Shown in pieces: positions 30,901 through 46,093 of a stretch of 64,000 nt of DNA (within the stretch, counting starts at the first letter, position 1; each line of letters begins with the position of its first letter). The notes beneath the pieces are model-generated. The model was not told where the DNA came from, made no database searches, and saw only the letters and a list, made by a program, of their open reading frames with translations. A program made the translations under genes and the position numbers. Origin of the DNA: the human T2T-CHM13v2.0 reference genome, Homo sapiens; NCBI RefSeq assembly GCF_009914755.1, contig NC_060929.1, one strand, 5' to 3'.

Positions 30901-32149
30901 AGTCAGCCCATCTAGAAATTCTTGGAAGGCTGTCTGGCATAGTCCCAAAGCCCAAGGTTGCTGAGGCCAGCACAACGCTGAGGTAGGATAAAAGCCTAGG
31001 GCCACTGGGATGAGCTAGAAGCCTGCGGCTACTGAGGCCTGCTGCTGCTGAGGTATTTCCAGATCCTGGGGCTGCTGAAGTTTGTCCAGTGATGGTATAA
31101 ACCCGGGATTGACTCCACCTTTCTTACCTGAAGTCTGGGGCTTTGGGGGTCCTGCTTGGTGCTGGGACAGGTCTGTAGGCTCAGTCTTCAGGTGCCAGCC
31201 AGGATTCTGGGGCTGTGGTGGCCTGCTCAGTGCTGGGCTTTACACTGAGGCAAGCTTGGTGTTGGTGTCCAAAACAAAGTCCTGTGCTCACATTCCTCTC
31301 TTTCCTGCAAGCAGAGAGTATCTGTTCCTGCATTGTGCTGCCTGGGTTTGGAAGAGAGGTGACATGGTTAATTTCAAACTCTTTTCTACCCTCTTCAGTT
31401 CAGTGTGTCTTTTCTTATTGTGCTACAAACAGGTCCTGTAATTGTTTGCCTGGTTTCCTTAGCTCTTGTGAAGGTATTTTCATTTATAGACTGTTTTTCA
31501 GATCAATGTTTCTGTAGGGGTATGATCACTAGAGAGTCCTATTACACTATCTGGCTCTGCCCTTCTGTTTTTAAATTTTAATATTATCTATTTATAAGCC
31601 AGAAAAATATTATATTCTAGATTGTGTATAATATATATAATCTTTGCCAATTTCTGCAAATCCTTACAATACCTTAATTTTCTTATTTTAGTTTGCTAAA
31701 ATTGTATGACAAGCCTTCACAGCAAATTTGGTATGTATTCTTCTACTCTTAGTGAAATTTTTGGAAAAATATGGAAAAATACACCAGGAAAAGAGGGAAA
31801 GGAATCACTGAGATTTCTTAACGCTTTCACTGTTTTTGAGAATTGTAGGTCAAAGTTGTAGACAACGTGGATAGATTGTGTATAACTGGTAAGAGGGGGA
31901 TACAGAAAGTGAAGAGCTAGCATGTTTTTTCTTATGACAAAGAAGGGGAAAATCATTTTGTAAGTGCACACATCTTAGGCATTATGCTAAAGTTTTTTTT
32001 TGATCCTTGAAAGCAAAGAAACATATTCTAATCTCCATATTTGAAATTCATAGACGTTAATATTACAGTTAATAAACAGCTGAGTCAGTATTAAAATATT
32101 GCCCACATAATTACAAAGCCCAAACTCCTTCCACTGTAGTACATTGCAC

Positions 32150-35100
32150 AGATTGGATTCACTAGGCAGTGGAATGTTGTACTGAAAAGGAGCATCAGCA
32201 TCTCTGAGAAGCCTGATGGTTTTCTCTGAAGTATAAAATTGACTCCAGAAGATATATTGATTCCCGCGTTTGTATCAATGGAATGATATTCTTCAGGAAT
32301 TGCAGAGACTTAACTTAGTGTGGCACTTAACTATCCAATACAAGGTGAGAATAATTAAGATTCCTTGACCCACAGGTATCTGCAGATGGGTAATAAATTC
32401 TAGTGTTCCAATCATGAGATAGATAAATGACTAATTTGGGTGTGATTTGGCTTGTGTGACAAATGCGTATTAGAATTTGCCTGCAGAAGTCCAATATCAG
32501 CCACTGCAATGGAAAAAATTCATTCTTCATCAAGTTTTCAGGTGATATCCAGGTCACTCTTCCAGAATGGATTGGTGGAAGATCCTTTTGAAAGGATCTT
32601 GTAAAGGCCACAAAAGTATATATGATAAACATTTCTCATCCTTTCTCAAAGGAAAGTACAGTCATTTACCAGGTTAACTGTTTACTGAAGTAAGTGGACT
32701 ATTCAGACTATTCGAGGGTTCTTGTATATGATTTCTGAACTGACACTACTACCAGAAGATCTGAAATCTCATCATAATTCACTGGTTATAGAGGAGGCAA
32801 TAGAGGTGTTAAATGGAGTTTCAGCATGAGTTAATCTTACAGTGATTCTAGTGAGTACCAGTGTATATAATGGAGAAATGGGGATACATACATACACACA
32901 TGAATATTCGCACTCATTCACTTAGTAAGTGATAAAAGCCTAATATTTTTCCCTGGACCTGTGAGGTAAGAACCAATAAGAGCCAAGTAATAAGAAGGGC
33001 CAAATGGAAAACTTCTCATTTTTTCAATAAAATTAAGTCTAAAGTAATATCACATTTTGCAAGGAATTTCAAGAGATTATCCCAGTCTTCAAAGACATAT
33101 GGGAGCAGTAGTCCCCAGTGTGCCCCTTTTAATTTACCTATTGACACTTGGGGAAAAAACAGGTGTATTAGGTAGATGATGGTGGATATCTCTAAATTGA
33201 TTCAAACAGTAGTTCCAATCATAGCTGCTATACTTGACCTAATATATTTACTGAAATAAATCAACAAAGCCTCCGACATTTGGAATGTACTATTTGTTAA
33301 ATATATTCTTCTTAATTCCCATAAGGAAGATCAATAATAATTTACATTTAAAAGGGAAGAGAAGCAGGATACATTTATTCTCTTGTTTTGGGATATGTTA
33401 ATTCTCCCTGACTCCTATCATGACGTTTGCAGAGGCCTTTATTACTGATATTCTATGAAATATCATGCTGGTAAACTATACTGATAATATCATGCTAATT
33501 GGACCTGGTGAGCAGGAGATGGCAAGTATTATAGTAGCATTCCAGAAAGGCACACACATTCCAGAGGATAAGTAATAAATCCCATGAAGATTCAGGGGCT
33601 AGCCATATCAATGAAATCTGCAACATGGTAAATCATCCCTACTACTTACTACTAACAAAAGGGCAGCACATTCCATACCTGGCAATAATGCTCAGTGCCA
33701 TTTATTGAGTGTATCGGAAGACTGTCAATTTAGAGCAGGTCCCATAGCATGGAGAAGGTGTATGGCAGGTTTATACCGTAGAATATCTGATAGTGCTAGA
33801 CGTTTTCATGATAGTAAAGGATGCTTTGTGTTATCTATGGCAATCCCCAGTACAGAGATGAGTCACAGACTTCTAGGATTCTACAGCAAGGCCTTTTCTT
33901 CTGCAACAGAGAATTGTTAACCATTTCAAAAGTGGCTCTTGATATATTATTGGGCCTTGGTAAAGACCAAGTGTCTGACCATGAAACATCAAATAACTAT
34001 GTAACTGCAGCTTTTATCGTGACCTGTATTTGATTATACCTATCAAAAAACAGATGAGCATAGCATCAATCCATCAAAAGGTAGAAATGGAGTATTTGGA
34101 ATCAAGGCTGAGCAGGTTCAAATATATATCAGTAAATTACATAAACATACAGTCCATGACATGTACTTGTGCTATATTGATGCCTCTTTCTCAATTTTAT
34201 TTCTGGTCTCTTAAGTACAGTGACCTTATAATGAATTATCCAAACTGAGATGCATTTGAGAGTAAAATTTAATGCTATTAATTACTTTGTGATACCTGGC
34301 ATATGCTGGAATTATCCCTGGCAAGCTGGGTATAAAGTCACCCTACTTCTGGGTTACATCCTATGATCAACTGAAGAGAAGAAAACACTTGAGTCCAGTT
34401 CTCACATGAGTCAGAACTGAACACCATTTTGGTGCTAGCCATAAGTAAACTGTCACCATCAGTATTCACTCAGTCCATTTGGCTAAGAGCAATTCCCCTA
34501 GGAGAAAGAGCTGTGACCAGTATACTTAGAAGTTCATTTTGCATGTATGAAGTGGCCTGCAGTATGGATATATGTGGACACCTGGCAAGTGACTAATGAT
34601 GTCAGAGTGTTTAGTCAGAAGCCTTGAAGGAATAAAATCTGAAGATTCAAGACAAGCTTGTCTGAAAAATTGGAGTGCGGATAGTCTTAGGAGAGTGGAT
34701 ACAAGATGTAGATTTTTGAGGTTTATGTCCAACAGATAGTCTACACATGCAGAGAAGTCATCAATAAGTGGAAAGATAGGATGACTTCCTGTCCTGTGAG
34801 ATAGTCCAGCCTTGCACTTGGCCCTTATAGTGCTGGCGCAATGTGCTGCCCATGGCCTGTGAGGACTGATAGCAAGGACTTCTTCTTGCCAGAGTTGAAC
34901 TAGCAAATGATACTTGAATGTCCAGCATGCCAGCAACAGAGACCATGCTGACTTCTTAGTATATTACTATCCTTTGAGGACATAATCTAGCCACTTAGTG
35001 GCAGATTATCTCTTCCATCTGTAAGGCAGCAATTTTATTCTTATAAAGACATGTATTTTTCTTGTCTGTCCACAGTGCCTCTGCAAGCTTCACCTTTCCA

Positions 35101-35800
35101 GAACTTAAAGAATGTCATAAACATTTTATGCAACATAGTTAGAGACAACACATTTTATATGCAAGACATGTGATAATTGGCTCATGACTTGAGATCTATT
35201 TGTCTTTCCATATACCTCATAACCCAGAAGAATAATGGCAAAATAATCCATTATAGGCTCAGGTTAAAAAAAAAATCAGCTTGAGGACAAAACCCTGAGG
35301 GTTAGGACTGATGTATTCCAGGCTGTGGTACACGTACTAAACCAAGTATATTAGGATATAACGTATATTAGGATATACGTTAGTGTTTTCCCAATAACTG
35401 GAATATATTACTTTGGGAACCAAAGGAATAGAAGATTACCTTCTCTTAATGCCACCCACAGTGGCCCCTGTGTAGAGATGCTATTTCTGTGCCTGAAACC
35501 ATAGTCATTTCTATATTTCCAAAAGCTTGTTTCTAACAGAGAACACAGTAAAGGATCTACTGAACTTGCAGGTATGAATACCACACCTAGACACTTTCAA
35601 GTCATCATGCCAGTGGACCATCAGACTAAGAAAGGGGTTAGCATACTGGCCAGGATGATTGACTCTGGTTGCCATGATGAGTCATGGATGATGCTACACA
35701 ATGGGTGCTGGGAAGCATTTGTCTGGAAGCTAAGAGATTCACTGGGGCATCTCTTGGTTCTTCTGTGCCTAGCAATAATGATGAACTGCAACATCTATGG
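32150..35800 (+). mobile_element. Ancient ERVL (class III) internal region: decayed gag end/protease/RT/RNaseH/IN/dUTPase-like, no flanking LTRs
   Basis: 32701 translates IQTIRGFLYMISELTLLPED (ERVL protease FRGLLDTGSELTLIPGD). ~33459-33520 translates NIMLVNYTDNIMLIGPGEQE (ERVL RT LVHYIDDIMLIG..EQE). GYVNSP is at ~33391. ORF 35574 contains KKGVSILARMID (ERVL dUTPase-like). Confidence 0.88.
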
Positions 35801-35814
35801 CCTAAGAAGGATAC

Positions 35815-35995
35815 ATCATTATCATCTTCCAATATTAGCATATTATTTGCTTAAATTCAATGTTTGTTTATTTTTTGTTCTTCTAGAATGTAAACTACAA
35901 AATGGCAGAAATATTTATTTTGTTCATTTATGTATCCTAAGGGACTGGAATATAGCCAGGGGTTCAATAAATGTTTTTGAATATATGAATAAACA
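35815..35995 (+). mobile_element. L2a 3' end
   Basis: ctagaatgtaaactacaaaatggcagaaat..ttgttcatttatgtatcc..ttcaataaatgtttttgaatatatgaataaa. Confidence 0.8.
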
Positions 35996-37439
35996 ATAAT
36001 ATAACTAAAAAATTGAGAGGAGCAGAAAAATTGGAAGATAGCACAAATGTTTGAAATTCCTCATATTTTGCATATGAGAATCATCTCAAATTTTGATAAA
36101 TCAAACTGTACAATGTAGGCAGATTACTTAAATAGCAAGCAGTAAAATGAATAAAATGGACACTGCTATCAGTGGTTGTCTCTGAGTAGTACAAATGGAG
36201 TGAAGAAGACAACTTTTTTATTAATTTTTATTTTTATCAAATAAAGTGAACATAGTTAATAAACCATTCTATAAATTTTATGAAGGCAATCACTTTCAAC
36301 TCTTATTTTCATTCATATTTAAATCAATTTTTAAAAAAATCATATGTGTACACTGCTATATTTAGATATTATCTGAGACTTCTCTTTGGAGTAAAGGTTA
36401 ACTTCTTTACCACCTACTTATTCTTCTCAACACAACCTTATTACCATTTATCATTAATTTAGTGTTTTACGTGTTTATGAAAATATTGCTCCTTGCTGAT
36501 TCAATGAATGTGCTTATACCTGTTTCCTTGCCTTTTATAACTTTTCATTTTTTATGTTGCTTATAATTATTTTCTGTATATTTAGTATTTTCTTTTTAAA
36601 TACACATACAGCTCAGTCAGTCACCCTGTGGTTATTTACCCAAATGCTCAAATGCAGTTTCAAAATCTCTATCAGTTTTTATTTCTCCTTACTGAGGACC
36701 ACTCTTGCACACTCATACATCTTCCTGCTCCAAACTAGACCTGTTGCTCTAGCTCTTGGCTTGGGATTCTTTTTGCCTGCTCTTCTCTAGTCTGTTCTTC
36801 AAGATGTGGTATATGCTCTAAATCAATTTCCAGTAGTTTAAATATCAAATTTTGGAAACCAAAAAGGAGAGCCTGGATTAGATGTTTTGTTGATCTGTGC
36901 TTTCCTTTTTTTTTTTTTTTTCCTTATTCCCTTATTTAAAAACGCTTTTTGGTAAATAAGAAAGAGAGCATGGGAGATATTTTTTCAATCATGCAAGGAT
37001 TCGAAACTACTATCTTTAGTCTTTCTTCCCTTGTGAGTGATAATTTGTATGTGTGTAGAATTCTCGGCTTCGGACTACATATTGCTTTCCGGTACCAAGC
37101 ATTTTATTCAGAAGTCAAAAGGCTTTGCAATTCTCATTTCTCTTCATAGATGCCTCCCTTCTTCTTCCCCCTCCCCGCCCTGCCCTGAGAGATTTAGAGA
37201 TCTTTTTCACTCACGTGGTAAAATCACATAATATCTTTTTTTCTTTCATTCATTATGCCAGGCACTTTTGACCATTTACAGTTTGGAAATTCTTGTCCTT
37301 CTGATAAAATTTCTTTGCGTATTTTCTTAAAATTTGAGAGGAAGTCTTTTGCTTTCCATTTTATGTTTTGTTCTTGTAATTTTGCTGCCTTCATGTATTA
37401 CTTATCTAATTGAGGTATGAATGTAGAAATCTACATTCA

Positions 37440-37673
37440 TGTGGCCATGTGCCTGATGGTATAAAACAAACTAATATGTATAGGAGAGCATAAAGCTCGT
37501 GTGCAGGAAGAAGAGAACAGAGATGAGCAGTGAGTCTTATGTGTGACTCCTGGGTTCCAGTGATCCCTTTGATTCCTGAAGCTGTTTTTCTTTTGATTTT
37601 GTGGAGACTCCACATTCTGATTGAGCTAGTTTGACTCTTGTTTCTGTCATTACTCTAAATTAAGCCCTTAATG
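37440..37673 (+). mobile_element. Old MLT1 (J/K-like) LTR 3' part
   Basis: gagaacagagatgag..tcctgggttccag..ttcctgaagc..gagctagtttgactcttgtttctgtcatt. Confidence 0.55.
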
Positions 37674-37777
37674 TTAGTGTGCTTTACTGAAATGTGGAGA
37701 GGTAGTTACTGATTTTGGCTGTTGTTTTACACTGATATGAGATTTGATTAAAATTCCCTTGATCCTTCCATTTCTAG

Positions 37778-38436
37778 CTGTGATAGTTAATTTTATGTGT
37801 CAATTTAGACCAGAGTATTCCCAGATATCTGGTTAAGCATTATTTCTGGATGTTCCCAGATGGCTGAATCTGTGGACTCAGTAAGTAAATTGCTCTCTCC
37901 AGTGTGGGTTGGCATCATTCAATCCTTTGAGGGCCTGAATAACACAGAAGGAAGAAAGAGAAATTTATTCTTTTTTTTCTTCTTCCTGCCTGCCTGCTTG
38001 AGCTGAGCTACATTTTTCTTCCCCTTCCCTTTGACTTGGATTTACCCAATTAGCTCCCGTGGTTCTCAGCCCTTTGGACTCGAACTAGAATGACACTACC
38101 AGCTTTGGTGAGTCTCCAGCCTGCAGATAGCAGATCATGGGACCTCTCAACCTCCTAATCATGTAGGCCAATTTTCATAATAAATCTATATATATATACA
38201 CATATATACATATATATGTGTGTGTATACACATATATATGTGTGTGTGTGTGTGTATATATATATAGGAGAGACTGGATTAGATGTTTTGTTGATCTGTG
38301 CTTTCCTTTTTTTTTTCCTTATATGTATATATGCTGCTTTTTTTTTCCATATGTATATATGCTGCTCCACAGGCTGCTATTGCCAGTGTTGAATATGAAT
38401 ATTATATTGGCTGTCTTTCTCTGGAGAACCCTAATG
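37778..38436 (+). mobile_element. MLT2B-type ERVL solo LTR, interrupted in its (TA/TG)n tract by a foreign insert
   Basis: tgtgatagttaattttatgtgtcaa..ggcatcattcaatcctttgagggcctgaata..tctccagcctgcagatagcagatcatgggac..aataaatc..tattggctgtctttctctggagaaccctaa. Confidence 0.88.
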
Positions 38437-41400
38437 CTTGAGCCATGCCATATCAATGACTTGTAAGCTCTTCCTCACCCAATGAGTGAGCAACATCTCT
38501 GAGAAGAGAATTGATGATTGTTTCAAAGATTCTTGCTTGGTATTTATTTCATGACTGAGGATTTTGGATCTTAAAAAAGTGTATCGAGGAAATTAAAATC
38601 AGTATTCTCAATGTTTTAATGATATGATAACAAGAAGAGAAGTTGGAGATAATTTAATCAAATTCCTGAACAAAGGTTGAAAGGTAGGTTTAATCAGTAG
38701 TTTTTCTATTTTTTTTTTTTTTTTTTTCAGGAAAGGAAGGTGAAGGTCTCAAAGATAAAATGTTCATGTAAAGACTTGGGAAAAAATTGTTTATCACATT
38801 GTTGTGATAAACATATTAAGTTGGATTTTTACCACACCAAAGTAAAACAAGTATGTAGGAAAAATGCTTAAATCACTCTATATGAACTTTCATGTTAAAT
38901 TCTGATTTAAAAATTATCTAATCCTTTCATCATTACAGCAGCCAATATGGTTTTAGTAGGTATATAATACAAAAACTTGAACATCAAAATGATATACATT
39001 ATGAATTGGTTATTTATATTCAAATAATTATTTGGATCCCCCAAAGGATTTGCCAGAAAAAAAATGTTAACATTAGGAATTCTTTTTAGTTTACCGAATT
39101 ATTTCAACTTTTCAATGTTTATTATATAAAAGGCATAAAACTGCATAGATTGCTGTTGCCATAGTTGAATTTTTATAATCATGCTTAATGCATTTTAATA
39201 ACTCTTTAAAAATTGTAAAACTCAGAAATTTAGAACAATAAGCAGAAATTTCAAATATCTCCAGATTTGTGCCACTGCTAGTGGACATATCATTTAAAGA
39301 TTATCTACCACCCAAATACCAGCAAGTTTCTTTGGTTTATGATTGACAAGCACTATAGACCCTTGTGGATCAGGTGCTTTATGGCAGATGATTAGCCTGT
39401 TACAAAAACAGAGGTATAGAGAGAGAGAAGAAAAATGATTTCTATCAACATTTTAAATCTTTTTCAGTGTGTTCACTATTGAATTCAAAATAAATATTTC
39501 CAATTTCATTTTTCATCTTTAGACTTCAGTGGCACAACATTGATCTTTTTTATGTCACAGTTGTTCTGCAACATCAGTTAAAGAGGGTTTTAGTTCAGGA
39601 ATGAACTGTACTGACAGAGTTAGTAGGAGTAATGAATGGAGTGAAACATAGCCATCCTGTATGCTTTCCATCTTTGGAGCTTTTGTGAAAAGGAGGGTGA
39701 CTGGTTTGGGGGCCAAGTGGACACAAGGTGATTTAGCCAATGTGTAAGTGGGAAAAATCCTTAAATCAGAAAAAGAAGTGGATTTTAGCAGAGTGTAGTT
39801 GGCATTTTTCAGGAGAAAAAATATTCTATTTTAGGAGCATTGAACCCTGGCCAACTTGGTAAGAACATAAATCCTCTCTTCCTTTCACTAGGTTTTTATA
39901 AATTTGATGTTGCATCATTAGGTTCATCCAGGTTTAAAATGTAGAATGGAAAAAAAATGAAGAATCGATATCTTTTTTAGGAATAGAATTATCACCATGA
40001 AACAATCATCTTTAATTAATGCTTTGATTCCTTGATGTCTATTTTTTCCATATTAATGCTATGACTCTTTTGGTGAGAACTTGCATGGTAAAACTTAGTT
40101 CATTTTACTTTCAACGTTATGTTTTAGATGTGTCTTCTTATAAGTACATTAAAGTTGATTTTCAAAAAGCCAGTCTGCCAATCTTAGACTTATTTTGTAT
40201 TCTTCATTCTTCATGTTGTAGGTTTCTCGTTCTTTCACTTACTGATTTTTGAATTGATTAACTACTGTTTCTCACTTCATTTTTTCACATTGCTAGTTTG
40301 CAAATTATATACTATAGTTCTCTCATATAAGAAGTTCCTCTTCCATATTAAACCATATCAAAATCCAAAGTCAATTTTTAGAATTCTCATGAAGACAATA
40401 TAAAGACCTTAGAAAATGTTGACTTTATTTATCTCTTCATCAATCTAATAACTCAAAATTGCTATGCATTTTTGTCTTGCAGCTCTAATTAATTTTATCT
40501 TAACTAATCACCAATAATTAATGTCTATTTTACATTAACTAGAAAACATTAGTGTCATTTTATTTTATATTGTCAACATTTGCTTAGGTTTTTAAAACTT
40601 TTTACTGAACTATAATTTATACACTGATATTTGCATTGCAAATAGTTTTCACTAGCCTGTGTCTTATTGTTTCATTTTCTTATGGTGACTTTTGAAAAGC
40701 ACTTATTTTGTCTCTCATCATTCATGCTTTCTGTGTCCCAAATAAAAACAATTTTTCTTACTTGAGTTTGTGAAGACTTTCTCCACTGTTTTGTTTTAGT
40801 TTTATAACTGTAACTTTTATGTTAAATCTATGATACATTTAATTTTTTGATATGATGTGACATAAGGGTAAAGATTTACTATTTTTGTGCATAATATCCA
40901 ATTGTTCTAGTGTTGTTTGTTAGGAATATTTTCCCTCATATGTTGAATTATCTTAAAAACATAATGGAAAACCAATGACCAAATATGTGTGGATAAATTT
41001 ACAAACCCCCATTTTGTTTCATCGATATTTATAATTGTCTTTATGCATTCCTGATAACCATAGCATTATTGTAATTTGGAAATTAAATAATAAAATTTTT
41101 ACAACGTGGTTCCTTTAAAAATGTGTTTAGGCTATTTTAGATCTTTTTCATTTCCATATAAACTTAAGAACTGGGTTTTTATAAGAGTAAGTCTTATGGA
41201 ATTTTGGGAGTTTGCTAAATTAACAGATCAAATTGAGGAGAAATTATATCTTAATAATATTGAATCTTACCTCTCCAATTATTTTGATTGTCTTTTATAT
41301 CTCTGCAATAATTGGTAGATTATATTGTATAGGTCTTGTATGTTGTTTTGTTAAATTTACCCCCATGTATCTCATATTTTTAGATGATATGATAAATGGT

Positions 41401-41930
41401 ATTTTAAAATTTAAATAATTTTGGCTTTATACTTAGGTCCATTTTGTAGATGGTGTGAGGTATGGTTCGGGTTTTTTGTGTGTGTCTATTTCTGGGATTG
41501 CTCTTGTGTTCTAGCTAATCTATGTGTTTATGCTTACACCAACTCCACACTGTGATAGTTACTACAGTTTATATTAAGTCTTGAAGTCAAGTAATATTGA
41601 GTCTGTCAGTGTTGTTTTCCAGTGTTGGCTTGGATATTCTAGCTCCTCTAACTTTTTATATGGACTTTATGATAAGCTTATCAATATATAAAACAATTCT
41701 TTCTCAGGTTTTTAATGGATTGTGTTGAATTTATATATTAATTCAGGAAGAATTGATCTTACAAATAATGAGTATATCTCTCCATTTACTTTGGTTTTCT
41801 TTAATTCATTTAATATACTTGTATGTTTTACATTCCTACCTAATTCTTTCATTTATTTTGATGACACTGGGAATGGTACATTTTTTTGTCTAAATTTCAC
41901 TTTCTATTTTAATTATTTCATAATTAGTAT

Positions 41931-42194
41931 GCAGGCATTTCCCAACTTGCAGTGGTTCAACTTAGAATTTTTTGACTTTACAATGATGTGAAAGTGATAC
42001 ACATTCATTAGAAACTGTTCTTCCAATTTTGGAGTTTGACCTTTTCCCAGCTGTAGGCTAATCTAAGCATTGAGTTCTGAGCACATTTAAAGTAGGCTAA
42101 ACTATGATGTTCAGAAAGTTAGGTGTGTTAAATGCGTTTTTGACTTAAGATATTTTCAGCTTATGCTGGGTTTATTGAGTTGAGGAACATCTGT
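41931..42194 (-). mobile_element. MER47A (TcMar-Tigger)
   Basis: tgtaggctaa..gttctgagcacatttaaagtaggcta..ctatgatgttc..ttaggtgtgttaaatgc..ttgaggaacatctg. Confidence 0.85.
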
Positions 42195-43573
42195 GTAATA
42201 ATTTGTGTATTGAGATACATTGGTTCTGTATCTTGAAAGCTCGCTAAACTCAATTTTTAGTTCTAGTAGTATTTCTGTCCATCCTTGAGATTTTCTCCAG
42301 GGACAATCATGTAATCTGTGAAAAGAGATGTTTTATTTATTCTTTAAAAAACTGTGAGCTTTTTATTTTTCTTGCCTCATTGCACTGCCTAGGACAATGC
42401 AGAAAAGTAATGAAAGAGAACATTATTGTTTTATTCATGATATCAGGGGAAAAAGTATTCCATCTTTCCTTTTAACTATCATATGAGCTGTAAGGTTTTT
42501 GCAGATTTTTTATCAAGTTTCCTTCTGTTATTAATTTGAGGTTTTATAATAAATGGATGTTGAATATTAAAGTTTTCTGTATTTGTTGAAATGAATATGT
42601 GGCTTTTCTTTAGTCTCCTCCTATAATAAATTCTATTGACTGCATTTTCAATGTCGAACCAGCCTTATTGTCCTAGGATAAATCACTTTTAATCATGAAG
42701 CATTATTTTTAATACTTTGTTAGATTAAATTAGCTAATGTTGTGATGGGAGTTTTTGCATTTATGCTCATGAAGAACATTACATTTTCTTCTTATATCTT
42801 TCATTGGTCTTCTTAAAATATTTTGTGTTTCTAATTTCTTTAAGAGTTTATATATAATCAGTATTAGTTTTTCCTTAAGTTTTGTAGAGTCCATCAGTGA
42901 AATAATCTGGTTCTTAAAATTTCTTTGGAAGTATTTTAGCTATTAATTTTATTCCTTTGGTTGAAATAGGACTATTCAGATAATCTATTTCTTCATAAGT
43001 GATCATTAGTGGGTTGTACCTTTTAAGAGGTTTTCATATTTCATTGAGATGTTAAATTTATGAGCAAAAAATTCTTGATACTATTCATTATCCTCTTAAT
43101 GTCTTAGGAACTACAAAAAATACTTCTTCTTCGATTCCTGATATTGGTGTTTCATGATTCTTTTTCTCTTTTGATTAATCTGTCAAGAACTTTCTCGGTT
43201 TTACTGATCTCTACCAGATTTTCATTGTTTTTTCTCTATTTTCATTGTTTATAATTTCATTAATTTCTGTATATTTTCTTTTTCTAATTGCTCTGAGGTT
43301 AACTTGCTCTTTTGCCTGTTCTCAAGGTAAAAACAATTTATTTGAAATATTTTTTCTTTGCAAATACGAGCATTTAATTCCATAAATTAGCTGCATCCTA
43401 TACGTTTTGATACTTTGTGCTTTCATTTTAACAGAAAATGTTTTCTAATTTCACTTTTGACCTTTGACTTAATTGATTGCTAATGATTTCTAACTTAATT
43501 GCGTCATAATTACAGAACACAAATTCTACAACTCCAATACTTTGAAGTATTTTTTTTTTTTTCTGGCATTCTG

Positions 43574-43740
43574 GTGTGGGGAAACAATTCTCCCTGTATT
43601 CTTAGATTCCTGCATATTTCAAGCCATATGAGCAAAAGGCATTTCTGTTCAACAAACATGTCTTAGAAATTAGAGATCATGTCTCCCTAAAGAGAGAGAA
43701 CCCTGGAGATGTCCCAGGATTAATAAAGATAAGGGTTTTA
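43574..43740 (+). mobile_element. LTR40-like ERVL LTR 5' fragment
   Basis: tgtggggaaacaattctcc..ttcctgcata..tgagcaaaaggca..tagagatcatgtctccct. Confidence 0.55.
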
Positions 43741-44577
43741 CCTTACCCACCCTAACGACATGTGTACTTGAAAACAATGTGTATTCCCTGTTGTTTGGTA
43801 GGTTGCTTTATAAATGTCATTTAGGCCAAATTGGTTGATAGTATTTTGCAGGCTTTCTATAATCCTTAATGACTGGCTACTTTTTTCTTTTTTTTTTTTT
43901 TTTTTTTTTTTGTCAATTACTGAGAGAAAAGTGCTGAAATCTCCATTATTGTGGATTTGTTGATTTCTCTTTTTAGTTCTATTAGTTTTTGTTTCATGTA
44001 TTTTGAAAGTCTCTTGTTAGATGTGTGCATATTTAGGATTTCTATGTCCTCTTGGTGAGTGAACCTTTTATCACTATGTAATGTTCATCTTTATTCCTGG
44101 TAATATTCCTTTTTCTGAAGTCTACTTTCTTTTATCTAAATATTGTCAGTTCAGGTGTCTCTTGATTAATGATTGAGCAATATATTGTTACCGTTGTCTT
44201 ACTTTCACTATACTTCTGTACTGAAATGTTTTTCATTGCATATAGTTGCTTCATTTTAAAATCTAATCTGACAGTCCTTTAATTGATGTTTTTGGACCAT
44301 TTACATTTAATCTATTTACATGGCTAAAAGTTACCATATTTCTAGATAATTCTGTTTGTTTCTTCATTTCTCCTTTGTTCTTTTTTTCTGCCTGCATTTT
44401 ATTGCTTCTAGTTTATTTCTACTATTGACTTATTATTTATACTACTTTTTTCATTTTTAAAGTGGGTTCCCTGGGGTTTACAATATACAACTTTAAAAAA
44501 TAACAGTCTTTTAATATTATTACATTTTATGTGCCATAAAAACTTTACAACAGTATATTTCAAATTCTCCTCCCATC

Positions 44578-45021
<444 letters not shown>

Positions 45022-45667
45022 TAAACATAAGACATTTTATATTTATTTTCATTTTTACCATTTTAAGAGACTTTCACAATTTGCATAGACAGAAGTTTTT
45101 GTCTGGATTGTGTTCATTTTTCTTGAAGAGCTTACTTATATATATAATGTTATGTGCAGTCTGCGGCTAAGGGGTCCTTTTTTATTGTTTCTCTAGAAGT
45201 ACTGTATCTTTTTTGGATGGCCTACCAGGTTTTCCTTTTATGTCTGAATTTCAGCAGTTTGAATATAATTTGGGGGAAAGAATATTTTTTAACCATAAGG
45301 CTGAGTTTTCTGGATCTGTGATTGATAGCCTTTTAAGACAAAATTCTCAGCCTTTTTCTCTTCAAATGTTCCTTCTGTTTTTCTTCCTTTCAGTTTCTGA
45401 TTACCTGCATATTAGACCATTTGATCATTTCTCACAATTTTTAGATGCTCTTGTTCTGTATTTTCCCACCTTTTTTGTGTGTGTTTCAGTTTGGGTAATT
45501 TATATTGATTTATCATTAATTTACTAACTCTACTCAAGTATGTCCACTCTACTGATGGACTGGCGAGGTAATTTTTTATCTCTGTTATAATGTGTTTTGT
45601 TTTTAGAATGTCCATTTGATAGTTTTTTTAAAAAAATAATTTCTTTTTCTCTGGTAGCCTTCCTTAA

Positions 45668-46093
<426 letters not shown>

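Noticed and set aside
35574-35999. 141-aa ORF as a possible gene
   Set aside because: It is a read-through from the ERVL dUTPase-like remnant into an L2 tail, with no gene context.
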